A stretch of 64,000 nt of DNA from Neoechinorhynchus agilis (GCA_051530055.1 CM121341.1:6612784-6676783), one strand, 5' to 3'. Shown: positions 37,501 through 50,539, counted from the stretch's first letter. Made by a program: numbers and translations. The notes: generated from the letters alone by a model not told the origin.

Positions 37501-40202
37501 TCAATGTACAGGTGTCGTACATTTGCAAGAAACCTTTAAGCTGCATTCCGCAAGCAATTGGGTATAGATTGAATCGTTGTTCATAAATCTCTGATCAATA
37601 CTTTTTCGCCGCTGTAACGCAAAGACTGAAGATTTCCTTGTTAGAATACTTTTTCGGTGATCTTTCCTTAAAATCACTCAAAATTATAAGAGTTTCACAG
37701 ACTGTATTGACCTTTTATAAACGCTGTACTTAAAAATACCGATTTTTCGTTTTACGGAAAACATGGTGCTCCAGGCGAGATCTTCGTAATTGGCTATGGA
37801 CCTTTTTCCGGGCAATATATCATCTGTGGATGCCTCGTGTTTGACCCGGCGAACAACCATATCGTCCAGAATTTTCAGAAATGAATCCTCTACAAGAGAT
37901 TGTAAGTTACTTCTAGAAACTTTTCTATGCTAAACGCATATGACTATTATACTGTGTGCACTCACCAGCAGACATTTCTGATCATTAAATTTAATCGACA
38001 GGGAACCTATCTCCACTTTAAATACATTCAAAAGTCAATAATTTGTATGAACGAAACGCTCGTGGAATATCTCTAGAAACACTAAAAACCCAATTTATCT
38101 ACACACCACACGGATACTATAAAGACATCTCTTAATTTTAGCAGGAGGCGGCTAGAAAAAATACATTTATGCTGCTATACACTTAAAGAATTTGTTCAAA
38201 GAAGGTGACTAACCCAAGTCGGGGATTGATGAGCATGTCCTATGGTATATCATTCCAGGAGATTTTTCGTCACTTGTAAGTCCATTAAAATAATCATTCC
38301 TCTTTTTCATAAATACCTAAAAGCACATTAGGAATACTCAAACGTTAAGAAAATAGACCTTTAGGTTTTCGTCACCTTCCTTCCATTTCAGGGATATTAC
38401 ACTGTCCACAAATGAAACGAACATTTGCGCCGTTGTAAACATTGAAAGGAATGACTGAGTTTGCTTACTCTGATTGGTCAAAAACTTCTTTCTGTCAAAA
38501 TTATCAATGTCTTTTCGTTTGTTTATCCAATCAGTCATCGAATTGAACTGTTTAGAAACAGTTACATAATCAGTGTAGTTATTCAATAGCTGGATAAAGT
38601 AGTTCAAAAATATTTCTCGTGCAAGGGCATTGTAGAATTGGATGCTCAATTGAGAATGACCTTCTGAACCGTGTAGTCGTTGTTGTACGGAACTAACTGA
38701 GTGACTCCTTTGGAACGTAGGTGTATTCGCAACTATTTGCATGGTTGCTTCCAGTTCCTCAGACAATTCCTTGGTGAACGGTAGTGGCGGAACCGTCTTT
38801 GAACTTCGAATGCTGTTTGAGTTTATATCGAAGACGCAGTATTTTGAGACTACTTCGTTGTTCCAATCGAAGTTAGAATCGCGAATGCCCATTATAAAGG
38901 GAAACGGAGCTTCAAGAAGAGTAATCATGGATCGTGGGATTATTGGGACGTATGTATGTGGCCAACTGAATGGATACATTAACGCGAGTAGAGTTTCGGT
39001 TATCCTGACCATTTGAGAGTAATCTAATCGATAAAAATAGTTTGGGTAAATTATATATGTTAAATTGAAGGCTTTAACATAATACCTGGTCCAACTATGA
39101 GTACTCGTGACTCATTCATAACATGAGATAATAACTTAAGAACTATCTTGGGTGTCAGAGACTGAATGACCGATCGAATGTCAAAATCAAAGAATTGGAA
39201 ATTATAATGGTCTAAATGTAACAATGAATAACTTTGGAAACAATGAGCATTAAAAAAAGAGGTCTGTAAACATTGGACGTGTGCTCCAAAATTAGCCAAT
39301 CTGCAAATAATCGTTATATTTTTGCGCTTAAATACCACATTTTTAAATGTCAGCAATGAGGGTAAATCATAGAAGTGTGTTCCTTTGGCGTTACTGCTTT
39401 CGGAACCGAACTGGAGGTCGAACAATAATGGTTGGCATAAATTATTTTAAGCAGCCTTAGCCGCATACTCCATAGAATTTTTGAAATTAATTGAGAACAG
39501 AAACTCACCCAACGAATAAATGTACACATTTTCATGATAGAGTGACAGTATCAAGGCTGATTTTGGATTCGGCATTGCCAGTTCATAGAGAATTATGAAA
39601 ATATATTTTTCTAGAAGCAATTTGTTTAGTGGCGCATGGGAGTCCTCTGAAAAGTTGGCTTTGTGTATAATCGTAAGGATGCGTTGAATACAGTCGCACA
39701 TTGGCAATGAACTGGTCAGACAAATAGATTTTGTGGCGTAAATCCACTCCGCTCGTTGATCGGCAAACTCCTCAATTTCATTTGTGTTCAACCTCTCCTT
39801 GTATACGAGAGATCCACCGTACTGTTTTTCTCCATTTGCCCTCACTAATACAAAAGGATGAAACATGATCTCAGCTGATGAGTCTTCGTCCACTTGGATA
39901 TCGTCCGGCAAACAAAGCTTTTTTATGGAGTCATCCACTTCTCCTGCCGAGAATGGAATTTGTAGGAGAATGGAACTTTTGTATCGTTCGATTGATTTTG
40001 ATTCCTCACTACAATCTTAGAAGCAGAAGGATAATGTTTCTCTCATATATACTGAAAAGTTACCTTCAGTGGAGTCCAGCTCGATGTCCTTCAGGTCAAG
40101 TCCACAAACGACGAATTCATTGAAAATATGGTTTATCGCTTTGTTGTACATCAGTTCTTTCCTGAGGACGAGCACCCACAAAGTTACACTCGCGTTACTC
40201 AA
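34528..40202 (-). CDS. DENND5: DENND5 (Rab6IP1)-like: uDENN-DENN-dDENN, RUN, PLAT, RUN
   Basis: FNEFVVCGLD, FHPFVLVRANGEKQYG, LMYPFSWPHTYVPIIP...LEAPFPFIMGI, RUN1 GKVEAFIRLCLEYRVL, PLAT NMGELTLIYIDHDHKG, RUN2 HEVIAAVDDRFKSCGHNTRFQLWFCVAWR and FDMDSFACDRNCVTFFCNMMARLEEV. Confidence 0.8.
36229..36360. repeat. 132-nt hairpin (MITE-like) inside a DENND5 intron
   Basis: Arms atccgcggtaaatatttttttccgattaaaaacgttct / agaacgtttttaattgaaaaaaatatttaccgcagat, plus inner pairing tcggattcat/atgagttcga. Confidence 0.85.
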
Positions 40203-41986
40203 CAGCCGTAATTGTTACTCACGTTTACTTTTATAAAAAAAAGACGAATATTCGACGGCAGCAAATGCTGATTTCAAGTATCCGTCGGTTAAAATTGGCA
40301 AAGTATTATAATCTTAGCTTTCACTTTTTGCATTTACTTCGTTCGCTAAAAATTTTACGAATTTTAATGTTAAATTTCATAACGTTTTCGCGATTATTTT
40401 GAATGATTGTACTATTCATCCTGTGAGCATTTCAGACCTGAATAAATTTGCACGCTAAATGCTAATTTTTTATAGGGAATTATAATAATTGATTTATTTG
40501 ATAATTTTCGGCCTAAGCGTAGGTCTCTTGTAAGTTCTTAAATATGTGATTTCGTCTTAAGAACTTACAAGCAATGGACTGATGAAGAAGATGTACGCGA
40601 AGACCGAAAATTATCAAATAAGAATAAATCAATTATTATAATTCGCTATCAAAAAGTAAATGATGAACATCTTTACAATGAATGCTAATTCTTTATGTAT
40701 TTTTTTTCGAAAAAAAGGTTTCACATACATTTACGCCAGTTTTGTTAAAGCCGTGAAAGATTAAAAGGTTAATCAAATGATATCTGCTAAGGTTAGTTTC
40801 CTTTTTCGGGTCGTTATCGGTTAGATAAATATCCAACTGCTGACAATTTTAGTTCATTTTAATATTTTTGAATCATGTGCTATCAATTTTATTTTACAAC
40901 TGTTGTAATCTTTTCAATTTGTACTAGGATAGAAGTTCGAATTTTGATATAATCAATTTTTATCATTGTAATAAAATGGCGGTATGTGAGGTACCGGGTA
41001 ACAAACCGATGATGAACCCGACTATGTTCGAAAATTTATTTAATAAAAAATTATTCACCGGGTGAAGACATAAATAATGCTTCTTTTTATTATAATTCAT
41101 TGCTTCGCAGTTATATTGTGGTGATATAGAGATTAATTATTTATTATTTCTTTTTCACAATATTTCGTCGGATATATCAATGTATTTCTGTGAATTTCAA
41201 AGAACGCCATCTCAGAGAATTGGAATAGGGCGTTGGTATTTAGAACTCAGACGATAATTTATTTCCACAAATGTTTTGAGTTAAAAGACTTAAAAATTAT
41301 AAGCATCTCTGAGTGTAAAGCAAATCGAACTTTATTCTTATTAATCATAACAAAGTAATGTTGTTGATGTGAAGTGATCTTTGAAAATCAACATTAGCGT
41401 TGAATATCTACGAAAAATCGCCGTGTCCAATACACAATTTGATCGTTTCAAAAATCAGTGCGACGTTTCAACGATTCATCTTCAGGGTTTTGTATTTGTT
41501 TTCCTTACTAGAATGAGCGGGTAAGAGCTGCCTTCAAAGCCAAGAAAAAGTCTGGTTTTATTGGACTTTGATTGGCTACAAAATAAAAGTTCGTTATTTA
41601 AAACAAGCAATAAAGCAAAAGTACTGTAAATTTATTATAAATTTTATAATCAGTGCATTTCGGCAACTTTTGCAGTGTTGAATGCAATCGCTTACAGAGT
41701 AAATTTTTTGCGAAATAATACTTGATTTTAATGCTCATAAATCGTTCTGTTGATTTTATTTCAAACATCTTAGTGCATGTCATTTTAAGGACTGAATTAT
41801 ACTTTTCATCTATGTTTCTTGTTCATTAAGAAGTCGATGTGTCACGTTAGACTTGCTCAGTCGGTGGATTTACGGGGTTGTGAAGAATCATGCGGGCTAT
41901 GATTAATCGGTCTTAGTTATAAAAGAAAGTTTTCACAGACGACTTAGTGAAAAATGGCTCGAACTAAAATAACCAGTAGCCAATTT

Positions 41987-44005
41987 ATGGCCATTCCAAC
42001 ACCTGCTAAGGAAGAGGCTCAGGCATTCCTGGACTACAATAATAAATCACCGACTCCATACCATGGTTAGATCGTTTATCTTTAGCTGCCAGAGCTAATA
42101 AAATTTCTCTATAGCCGTACAAAATGCAAAATCGATGTTACTCGATAATGGATTTACTGAATTGACAATTGAAAGTGATTGGAATTTGTCTAAGAAAGGA
42201 GGGGTAATTAGTGTAATCGAATGCTTTTTAAAGTGAATTTGGGGTGCTTAGTATTTTATAACAAAAGGAGATACGACAATAATCGCTTTTCTGGTCGGCG
42301 GACAGACTACCAATGGTAGTCCAGTTGCGTTAGTCGCTACTCATACGGATAGTCCTTCACTCAAGGTGACTCCGAATTGACATGGATGCACCGTTGTTTA
42401 ATTGGAAATTGTAGGTCAAACCTTGTTCTAAGAGAGGATTCGGTAAATATTCTCAAGTTGGAGTGACCTTGTATGGAGGCGGAACGTGGTACACGTGGTT
42501 CGACCGTGAGCTCAAACTCGCTGGAAAAGTCTGGGTTACGTTGGCAGTATCCATTCGAAGCGGATCAAAACAACTAGATGTGGAAACCACGGAGACATAT
42601 CCTTGTCTTTTAAATCAAAGCTCGTTTAGAAGTCACTTTATTTTCGCAATAAAACGGCGATAACCACGTAGAAATGCGTAGCTGTGATTTTTTAGATGTT
42701 TTCAAATCACCATTCTTCAAAATATTGAGTTGTAATCGGGCCGATTTTTTTCACAATTTAACTCCAAAAATTAAAAATCTCATTTTTTTTAAAGAATGGA
42801 TTCTGTCGACATAAGAGACCTGGTGGACAAGTAGAAAGTCAACTGATCAACATTGAAAAACCTCTAATGTACATTCCAAACCTCGCAATTCACTATATTC
42901 GGTCGGATACATTTACTCCCGATCTAGAAGTTAACGTGTAAGTACGTTTAATTTAACTCACGAAGATAAAAAAATAATTTCTATAGTCTTCCAATAATTG
43001 CATTGGCTGAAAGCGACAGTATCAAATCCACAGAAAGCACACATAATCCGTTTTTGTTGAAAGTCGTTAGTGACGCGACTCAAACAGCTCCTGAGGATAT
43101 AGTTGAGATGGATCTCTGGGTTGTCGACTATAATCCGGCTAGATTGGTGGGCGTAAACGAAGATTTTATCGTTGGAATGAGATTCGATAACCAAATTAGT
43201 ACATTTGCTGCGCTAAAGGTATTTAGTGGCAATAAATTATACCGGTTCTCAAAAATTACAGGCGCTGATAAATGCAAAATCATCCAGTTTCTTATCAGAA
43301 TCCAAGGCTTTTCATGTGGTAGTTTGCTTTAATAATGAAGAGGTTAGCGATACTTGAAGTATTTATGATTGGAGTTTTGTGAATTTTTGTTGAAAGATTG
43401 GAAATAACACTACTGAAGGAAGTCGATCGGATTTCACTCCTCAAGTAATTCAAAAGATGGTCGGAGGAAAGGAATATTTAGATCAATCAATAGACCAATC
43501 ATTTGCGATATCTGCAGATGTTGTCCATGCTGTTCATCCAAACTATTCGTCAGTGCTACATCTTCCTTGTCCAGCTAGCTTTATCTTTTAAAAATAGAAA
43601 TTACCACGAAGAGAACCATAGGCCGGACTTGGACCTCGGTCCAGTTATCAAATACAACGCTTCAATGAAATACACCACAACTGGTTTTAGCGCAATGATC
43701 GCAAGAGAAGTCGGACGAATGGCTGGTATTAACCTGCAGAGTTTCATTATCAGGAACGACTCGCTGAGCGGAAGCACTCTTGGACCTGATCTAGCGGCCT
43801 TGCTGGGTATTGATTCCGTTGATATGGGAACCTCAATGCTGGCAATGCATTCCATTCGAGAGTTCGCAGGGAGTCTCTCAATCTCACAAGCAAGAGACTT
43901 TTTTGAAGTACTAGTTCCAGAGAATCACAATAATCATTTTTTCTACCTAATCTTGTTTAGGCCTTTTTCCAATATTACGAAAAGGTTCGAGATTCATTGG
44001 AGTGA
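41987..44005 (+). CDS. DNPEP: Aspartyl aminopeptidase (M18 family), spliced, apparently intact
   Basis: SPTPYHAV, VATHTDSPSLK|VKP, YGGGTWYTWFDRELKLAG, IPNLAIH, RFDNQISTF, ISADVVHAVHPNY, GPVIKYNASMKYTT, GSTLGP, DMGTSMLAMHSIRE. Confidence 0.95.
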
Positions 44006-45705
44006 GATCGCGAACTATTTTAGTTCAAATAAACAAGAATGCTATAATTCGCGTGTATAAATAAAGAAACGATATTGGTATTAGCCAATCAAGGACTTCT
44101 ATAACATTATGTTTCAGAAACTATTACCACTCATCCCTTAGCCTAAAATACAATCTTTTCTGTTTGAAGATTGAATTGTTCATATTGGTTGTTTTCTCAC
44201 GGAGAAATTAGAATGATTTTAGTTTAAAATTCGATATTACGACACAATCACTTTCAAGTGGGACTTAAACAACTTTGATAAACGCGTACAAGATTGTGTC
44301 TTCGAAATATCCGATTTTAAAATAAAATCATTTCAATTTCTTCGTGTCAGAAAACAATCTTCTCCACCTATCGTCTGGCGTATGGGTTTCCTAATGCTCC
44401 GTAGCACCACATGTAAATTATTGAACGTTTTTAGAATGAATTTTCGATTGCCTTTTAAAGATTGCGCAATTTATTGTAAATAGTGGGTACGGGTATTGAA
44501 CATTTGATAGTTGTGTTCGAAATTCTTGAATGAACGCATCTAAATCAAAAAGAATAAAATTTCGATTATTAAAAAAATCTATTATAGACCATCGTCGAAT
44601 TCGGCCAAATTTTAAAACGTCGTTTTGAGTTATTGTTTCCAAGTATGCCGTAGACCAAGTGATAACATCATTTCAATTTCTTGAACATTCTCCTTCAAAT
44701 TTTCTTGATCGAAAACCTTTTTTAGTGTTACAAGCTCAAAAAACATCCTGACACAGATCGTTTATTTGGGGCTCGACGAATTTCAGGTGTACCGAAAAAA
44801 ATACAATGCTCGATGAAATCACTTATTTTGAGTTTCATCCTAAAGCCATTTAGTTTTCCAGTGTATTTAAAGGATTGCATTCAAGAAAAGTTTCTCTGGA
44901 TAAATTTAAATTCTTTAACGTTTACTAGCAAGTCGATTTTATTGATTCAGTGTTATTTTAAAGGCATATATCCAAACCTCACTTCTTTTGTATAAGAGAT
45001 CCTTTTTTGTCTGTACGCCAAAAAAGGAAAATAAGCCGAGTAAGGGATGCTTTAAAAAACACTGGATAGAAGCAAATGTTTACTTTTAATAGAATGTGTT
45101 GGTTTAATTCGGAGATTTTCACTTACAAATAAATATATTGACAACTGCACGTTATTGGATCGCAAAAAAACTTGCAATACATGCAGTGAGGCATTGCAAA
45201 GAACGCATTCCTCCAAGACATTTGCTTGCATAATCTTTCAATGGTAATACTGAAGTCGATGTATCTCCGATTTCACGTTTAACTTTCGGTCATGTTCTTC
45301 ATGGGTCAAAGTTTCTCTGTTAATAATTTTCCTCTTCAATTTTTAAATTAATCAAGCGTAGAGTTTCCATTAGGGTTACCATTAGTCATTAGACTTTTAA
45401 TAAAGAAACTGCCCATTTCTGGCACATTTGCGTTAATGTTCCACGAAGCGAAACTGGTAACCCGGAAAGGTCGTCGAATTCCCAAAGAAAAAGGCAATTC
45501 CTTTGTTGATCCATGGTTCATTTACATATCCTTTTCAACACAGCAGGCTTATGTTATACCTTTGATAGCGTACTGCATGGAACACATAGTCTGGTAGAAA
45601 AAATTGCCGCCGTAAAATATCTATTGCATCTAGCTGTCACTTTCCCAACGGCTGCCTTATTAAGAAGGTTGGGCAACTTCATAAGAGCTTGCAAACGAAA
45701 AACGA

Positions 45706-46167
45706 ATGGTCGCTGATTATTCCCGTCTTACGTTCACTGATGAAATCAGTTGTTCAGGTTGGAAAGACGAAACGGGTGTATGGAACAATGGATTCGAGTG
45801 TCCATCCAGACACGTATGTTGCTTTAATGGTTATAATCGCTTTTGCTGTAAACTCAACGACGAAGAGACCAGCACAGCTCTCAAAACCAGTACCTTCAAT
45901 CCGAATTCTGTGATGAGCACAAAACCCGGTTTTTCATTTGTAATCAAACTTAACCTTACTCAAGTCCTCATAATCACAGCATTGCTGACCATTTGTCTCC
46001 TGATGCTTCTGCTCATTTGTGTAAGGATGTTGTTCACAATGGAAAGCAGACGACGAGACAGATTAAGTGCCACGTCAAGCAGTAGTGTTCAACAAAAGCC
46101 TTTTAATATTTATCCACAGTCGTGTCAGTCACAACCTCAGACAACAATAAAGTACTATGCCAAATAA
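45706..46167 (+). CDS. Shisa-family single-pass membrane protein (the signal peptide may be in an upstream exon)
   Basis: CSGWKDETGVWNNGFECP...CC......RFCC matches the Shisa Cys motif; TM segment VLIITALLTICLLMLLLICV. Confidence 0.75.
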   Translation: MVADYSRLTFTDEISCSGWKDETGVWNNGFECPSRHVCCFNGYNRFCCKLNDEETSTALKTSTFNPNSVMSTKPGFSFVIKLNLTQVLIITALLTICLLMLLLICVRMLFTMESRRRDRLSATSSSSVQQKPFNIYPQSCQSQPQTTIKYYAK

Positions 46168-46810
46168 ACAATGATGGATACGAGTGATTGGCACCGGTGG
46201 GCGCTCGGAGTCTCTGAACCGTCGAAAAAATTCTAGTCGTAATGAACAGCATAACAAAGTTAAAAACGCATTTTTATTCCATATGCATTCGCCGTAAAAA
46301 ATAGAGACTTCATAAATCTCGAAGGCATCCATGATTGCGAAAAGTTCGTTGCTTCACGTGATGGCTTTAAGAAGCAGAATCCTTGAACTTTTGCGAGTTT
46401 TTATTCCAAGCATGAAAAAATCAAAACGGGCACGAAAAGAGAGAAACACAGATAGTGGACGCCTATAGATTTCAAAAGGCTTACATAGAGCTTGATAAAT
46501 GTATCCATTGTCTTAAAAAAGAGTCCGAGTCGATGTGTTTGCTGGACACTAAAGTCAAGGAATCAGGGTTCCGAATTAGGAAATATTGACTCTATCTTGA
46601 CAAGAGCCTAATTTGTAGTTTGTTGTAGCTTAGCGCAGTCACGTAAATAATCGGCTCGACGTTTTGAACACACTAACCTAGTTGACCACATCAATTTTTT
46701 TCAGAAGGTTCAAAATCGCGAGTTGTCATAGTAATCAATAAATAACGCAAAATCTCACTTAGCAATTGATTCTGTAATAGATTCCGTCAACTACCATCGA
46801 CATCGTTAAG

Positions 46811-47134
46811 ATGAGCTTTAATTGTCAGGACCGATTCACGATTCGCCCCCGATCGTCAAGTCAAATTCCACTTAGACGAGGAGTTCCTTGCGGTCCGCCA
46901 AGATTCTACAAACAAACGGTATGCTACCAACCTCCTCCTTTGTATGTTGAACGAGTGGTATACCAACCACCACCTCAACTCTGTGAACGCATTGTTCCGT
47001 CCAGAGATATTGCGACCAGTGAAACCATTAGTCAGCAGTGCACAAGCCGCGCTTTACCTTTAAATAGGACTCCAACGACGGATCAATGCTGCTACCCTCC
47101 CCGGCTACAGTATCCAACAAGACGGAACTGTTGA
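46811..47134 (+). CDS. Small Pro/Cys-rich orphan protein with repeated YQPPP
   Basis: 107-aa ATG ORF with two YQPPP..ER repeats. Confidence 0.45.
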   Translation: MSFNCQDRFTIRPRSSSQIPLRRGVPCGPPRFYKQTVCYQPPPLYVERVVYQPPPQLCERIVPSRDIATSETISQQCTSRALPLNRTPTTDQCCYPPRLQYPTRRNC

Positions 47135-47158
47135 TTTAGCGAAAAATTATGATTGAAT

Positions 47159-48948
47159 TTAATATGTTAAAGAAGTATTGTCATAATGCTTGATGGAAAT
47201 ATGGTATCGGTTTCTAATTGTGTACTTCTTAGCACCGTGATTTTTTTGTATTTGTTTAAACCGCTTTTGCAAGTCCTGGAGAGTTAGCCGTGTGTCTGGG
47301 TCGAATCTCAAACACTCTCCAATTGTCGTGGTGACCTCTAGAGGCAAAAAGTCAGCGTCGTTGAGGAAGGTGGCCAAATGTCCTTCGCTTTTTATAAGCT
47401 CCCGAGTCTAAACATTAAAACTGATAAAGCTAAAACATTTCTTAGCTTACATATTCCAAGTCGAGAACGTCCCCTATAGGATAATCTTCGTTTATCAAAT
47501 ACCATGCAATCAAACCAATCGCATAAACGTCCACCTTTTCTGGTTTAATTGAGCACTTACGTTGATCAATACATTCGGGGCATATCCATTGAATGTTCTC
47601 AGCTGTCTGGCACAATGTGATCGGTTCGTTGAGCGCAGTATTCAACGATCGCACAATGTGATTTGTAATGCATAGGTTTTGTCGACTTTTGTCAATTAAA
47701 ACATTCGATGGTTTCAGAGATCCGTGACTGTAACCCTTTTGATTCAAATAAACCATGGCGTCAATAAGTTCCAGTATCCATTCAATCTTCTTCTTTGAGT
47801 CAATGGTTCCACGGTGAATATTGATGTAATCGAGAAGATTGTAACCGTTCACTTCTTTACTGATAATTGCAATAAATTCGTTCATTGTGCATATTCCAAC
47901 TATTGGAATCACAGCTCGGTGAGTCAATTTGCTGCAAAGAAAAGGAATACGGAATCGATCACGCTGCCGCTTATTCTCAATATTTGAAAAATGTGAAGAA
48001 AACAGTCCGTTTTTCCTCGTTTCCAGCGAATCAAAAATTGTTTTTAAAGCAAAACGATTTCTATAGGGTCAAAAAATGACAAATTAAAGTTTTGATCCCA
48101 TGATTGTTTTCGTGGGAAATTCAGTTATCTACGACTACTAACATTTGAAGCAGCATTAAGGCAGCTCAAGCAACATAGAAAAAATCTGGGACGAATAAAT
48201 ATCTGATTTTACTCTCCGGCTTGTATTGTCATTTAAAACATAGGAGCGATTTCTTTTAAGTGCTAGAATAAATTTCTCAGAGCTAAAGTGCAAATCGATT
48301 TCTCGCGAGACAAAAAGTTTTGATTTCAGTAATTGTTTTTTATGGGACATTCAATGCTTGACGACTAACATTTGAAGCAGCATAAAGCCAGCTCAAGCAA
48401 AAATAGTTCGCAAAACATTAAAGTTCAGACTGCTGTTTTTCTCCCTGAGTGGGCAAAAGACGTCAGATTGTTCTATTAACTGATAACACGACGAATCCAT
48501 GAATTTTTAGACTTGTCAATTAAAGTCAAACATGATTGCAGCTGCACGGGAAACCATGTCAGTTGTTAGGATGCTATAAAGCGCCTTGGAGACGACTTTT
48601 CCGGTTGCACTTTCTGCGTTCCGAGAAGTAAAATCGCTAGAATGCCAGCGTAAAATAAGACGGATTTGCGTAAAAGTAATCATTATTAAAACTGATTTAG
48701 AAAATAGTGGGCATTTAGATCGAAAAAGTTAAGGATCTAATTTTTTGTTCACTACCCTGTGCCCCTTCCCGAACGACAAACCTGGCTTTATAAACGAACG
48801 AAGCAACATCATCGTAGAAGGCTTCTAAAGATTGACGAAGATTTTTTCTAACTTGAGTATAAAACTTTGCAATACGCATCCGATTTCTCACTTCTATTTT
48901 CCAAGTCTCACAGTACTCAGTTCGTCTCAAACTAAATATGTCATTCAT
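47159..48948 (-). CDS. TKL-like pseudokinase with an uncharacterised N-terminus, multi-exon
   Basis: HRAVIPIVGIC, HGSLKPSNVLID (no HRD aspartate), NHI in place of DFG, WICPE, VDVYAIGLIAWYL, TTIGECLRFDPDTRLT. Confidence 0.7.
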
Positions 48949-49157
48949 GGAGCGCGGAACACAACCTCATCTCGTACCATTTGATTAACTTAATTTCATC
49001 ACTCGAAATGAAAAACTCACTATGTGACTTGCTATCGATTTTAGACACTCTTTGGAATTCCCACTGAATACAACGCGATTGGTTCACTTAAATATAATGT
49101 GCCGTCAGTGCCACTAGTTGCATCGCACCCGACACTACCACTACCCATTTCAGAACC

Positions 49158-50303
49158 ATGCCGTTAGCAATCGCAAAAATAGTGATTCCACTTCTCCTGG
49201 CTAATATTGTGAGCTCCAAAAAAGCTCAATATGCCGGTTGTTACGGAATTGATGAAGATGATCAAATGAGAGAGGTGGACTGGTTTGCCATTGTGAAGCT
49301 GCCCAAACTAAACCACACTCAAATTAACAATGAATGGCTTCGACAAGGTCTCGGCTTTCTTTACATCGACTCCGAGGACGCTAATAAGTGGAGACTTATA
49401 AAAGATCCGATTTCTAGACCAGATTCATTCCTGATGAAAACGATCGATCGTGAAAACGAACTATCCACGTACGCTGCCTATAATGATCAGCCTTCTTTGA
49501 CAACCGAAGGAACAAATAACGAACATGGACACGTAAAAGGAGTTTATGGATTCGCCAAATCCGGTGGTTTCTGGCTCGTTCACAGCATTCCCCATTTCCC
49601 AATGGTCGGAAACATCTCTTCGTACCCTGACAGCGGAAAACATTATGGACAACATTTGTTCTGCCTAAGCCTTCCTCCAAACATAGAGGACAATATAAAA
49701 ACTAATATCATCAGTTACTTAAACCCACATTTCTCCATTAATAAATCCGATTCAAACCAGAAGTTAGAGGAGAGAAAAAATTGCTCAAACCATTATACGA
49801 TTAGTACACTCAATAACTTAACAGTTAATGTTTTTGCCAAAGCGCCGGAATATAAGGCGGATATATATGTGGATATTCTAACTAGAAATCTAAGAGACGA
49901 TGTTCTCGTGCAAACATGGACCCACAGTCCAGACTACATGAACTCTGATTGTGATGGCCACTTTAAAGTTGAGAACATAAAATCAAGTCAGGTACAAAAT
50001 CTGAGTACTAATGAATCTTCAATCGGATTTCCATCTTCGAGCGATCACTCGAAGTGGGCTTTGTTGAAGAATCAAAGGTATGTGTGTTTCGGAGATCTCA
50101 ATCGGGTTACCGAGCACATTACAAGGGCCGGTGGATTATATTGCATAAATCACGACAAGCTTTGGAGCAGATACAGTGAACTTATTTTCGATGTGGACGC
50201 TTGTGTGATTCTAAAAAAGCAACGCTCGAAATCGAACGCGGAAACATTGAGTCTCGTGTACCCAATAATACTTATAGCCACCATCTTTGCAGTCTACAAA
50301 TAA
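49158..50303 (+). CDS. DNASE2: Deoxyribonuclease II family, intronless, with a signal peptide and C-terminal hydrophobic tail
   Basis: VDWFAIVKLP, YNDQP, HGHVKGV, GFWLVHSIPHFP, YGQHLFCLSL, DHSKW, CFGDLNR...RAGGLYC. Confidence 0.95.
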   Translation: MPLAIAKIVIPLLLANIVSSKKAQYAGCYGIDEDDQMREVDWFAIVKLPKLNHTQINNEWLRQGLGFLYIDSEDANKWRLIKDPISRPDSFLMKTIDRENELSTYAAYNDQPSLTTEGTNNEHGHVKGVYGFAKSGGFWLVHSIPHFPMVGNISSYPDSGKHYGQHLFCLSLPPNIEDNIKTNIISYLNPHFSINKSDSNQKLEERKNCSNHYTISTLNNLTVNVFAKAPEYKADIYVDILTRNLRDDVLVQTWTHSPDYMNSDCDGHFKVENIKSSQVQNLSTNESSIGFPSSSDHSKWALLKNQRYVCFGDLNRVTEHITRAGGLYCINHDKLWSRYSELIFDVDACVILKKQRSKSNAETLSLVYPIILIATIFAVYK

Positions 50304-50539
50304 ACTTACGTTTTGTTCCATCTTTAAATCTTAAACCCATCATCTGCTTCTCACAGTAGCACAGGCAAAACATACAAAATGGGAACGTAATGCCGATCAG
50401 AACCGCTGTGATTACCATCCAGAAGTGAATGTAATCGAATTCTGTGTTTGTACTGGTAAAGAACATTTGGGCAGTTTTCATTTATACCTTTTGATATTGC
50501 ACAGAGATCGCCACAAAAGCATCGATGTCCGACATTCAA
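50272..50539 (-). CDS. Small predicted membrane protein exon(s); may connect to upstream ORFs at 50903-51488
   Basis: Hydrophobic FWMVITAVLIGITFPFCMFCLCYC followed by a GTAAGT donor near 50310. Confidence 0.4.

Noticed and set aside
40975-41030. RNase P RNA 3' end (AAUGGC..GUGAGGUACC..GACUA)
   Set aside because: No CR-I/P4 partner was found upstream; the dispersed motif family explains the match.
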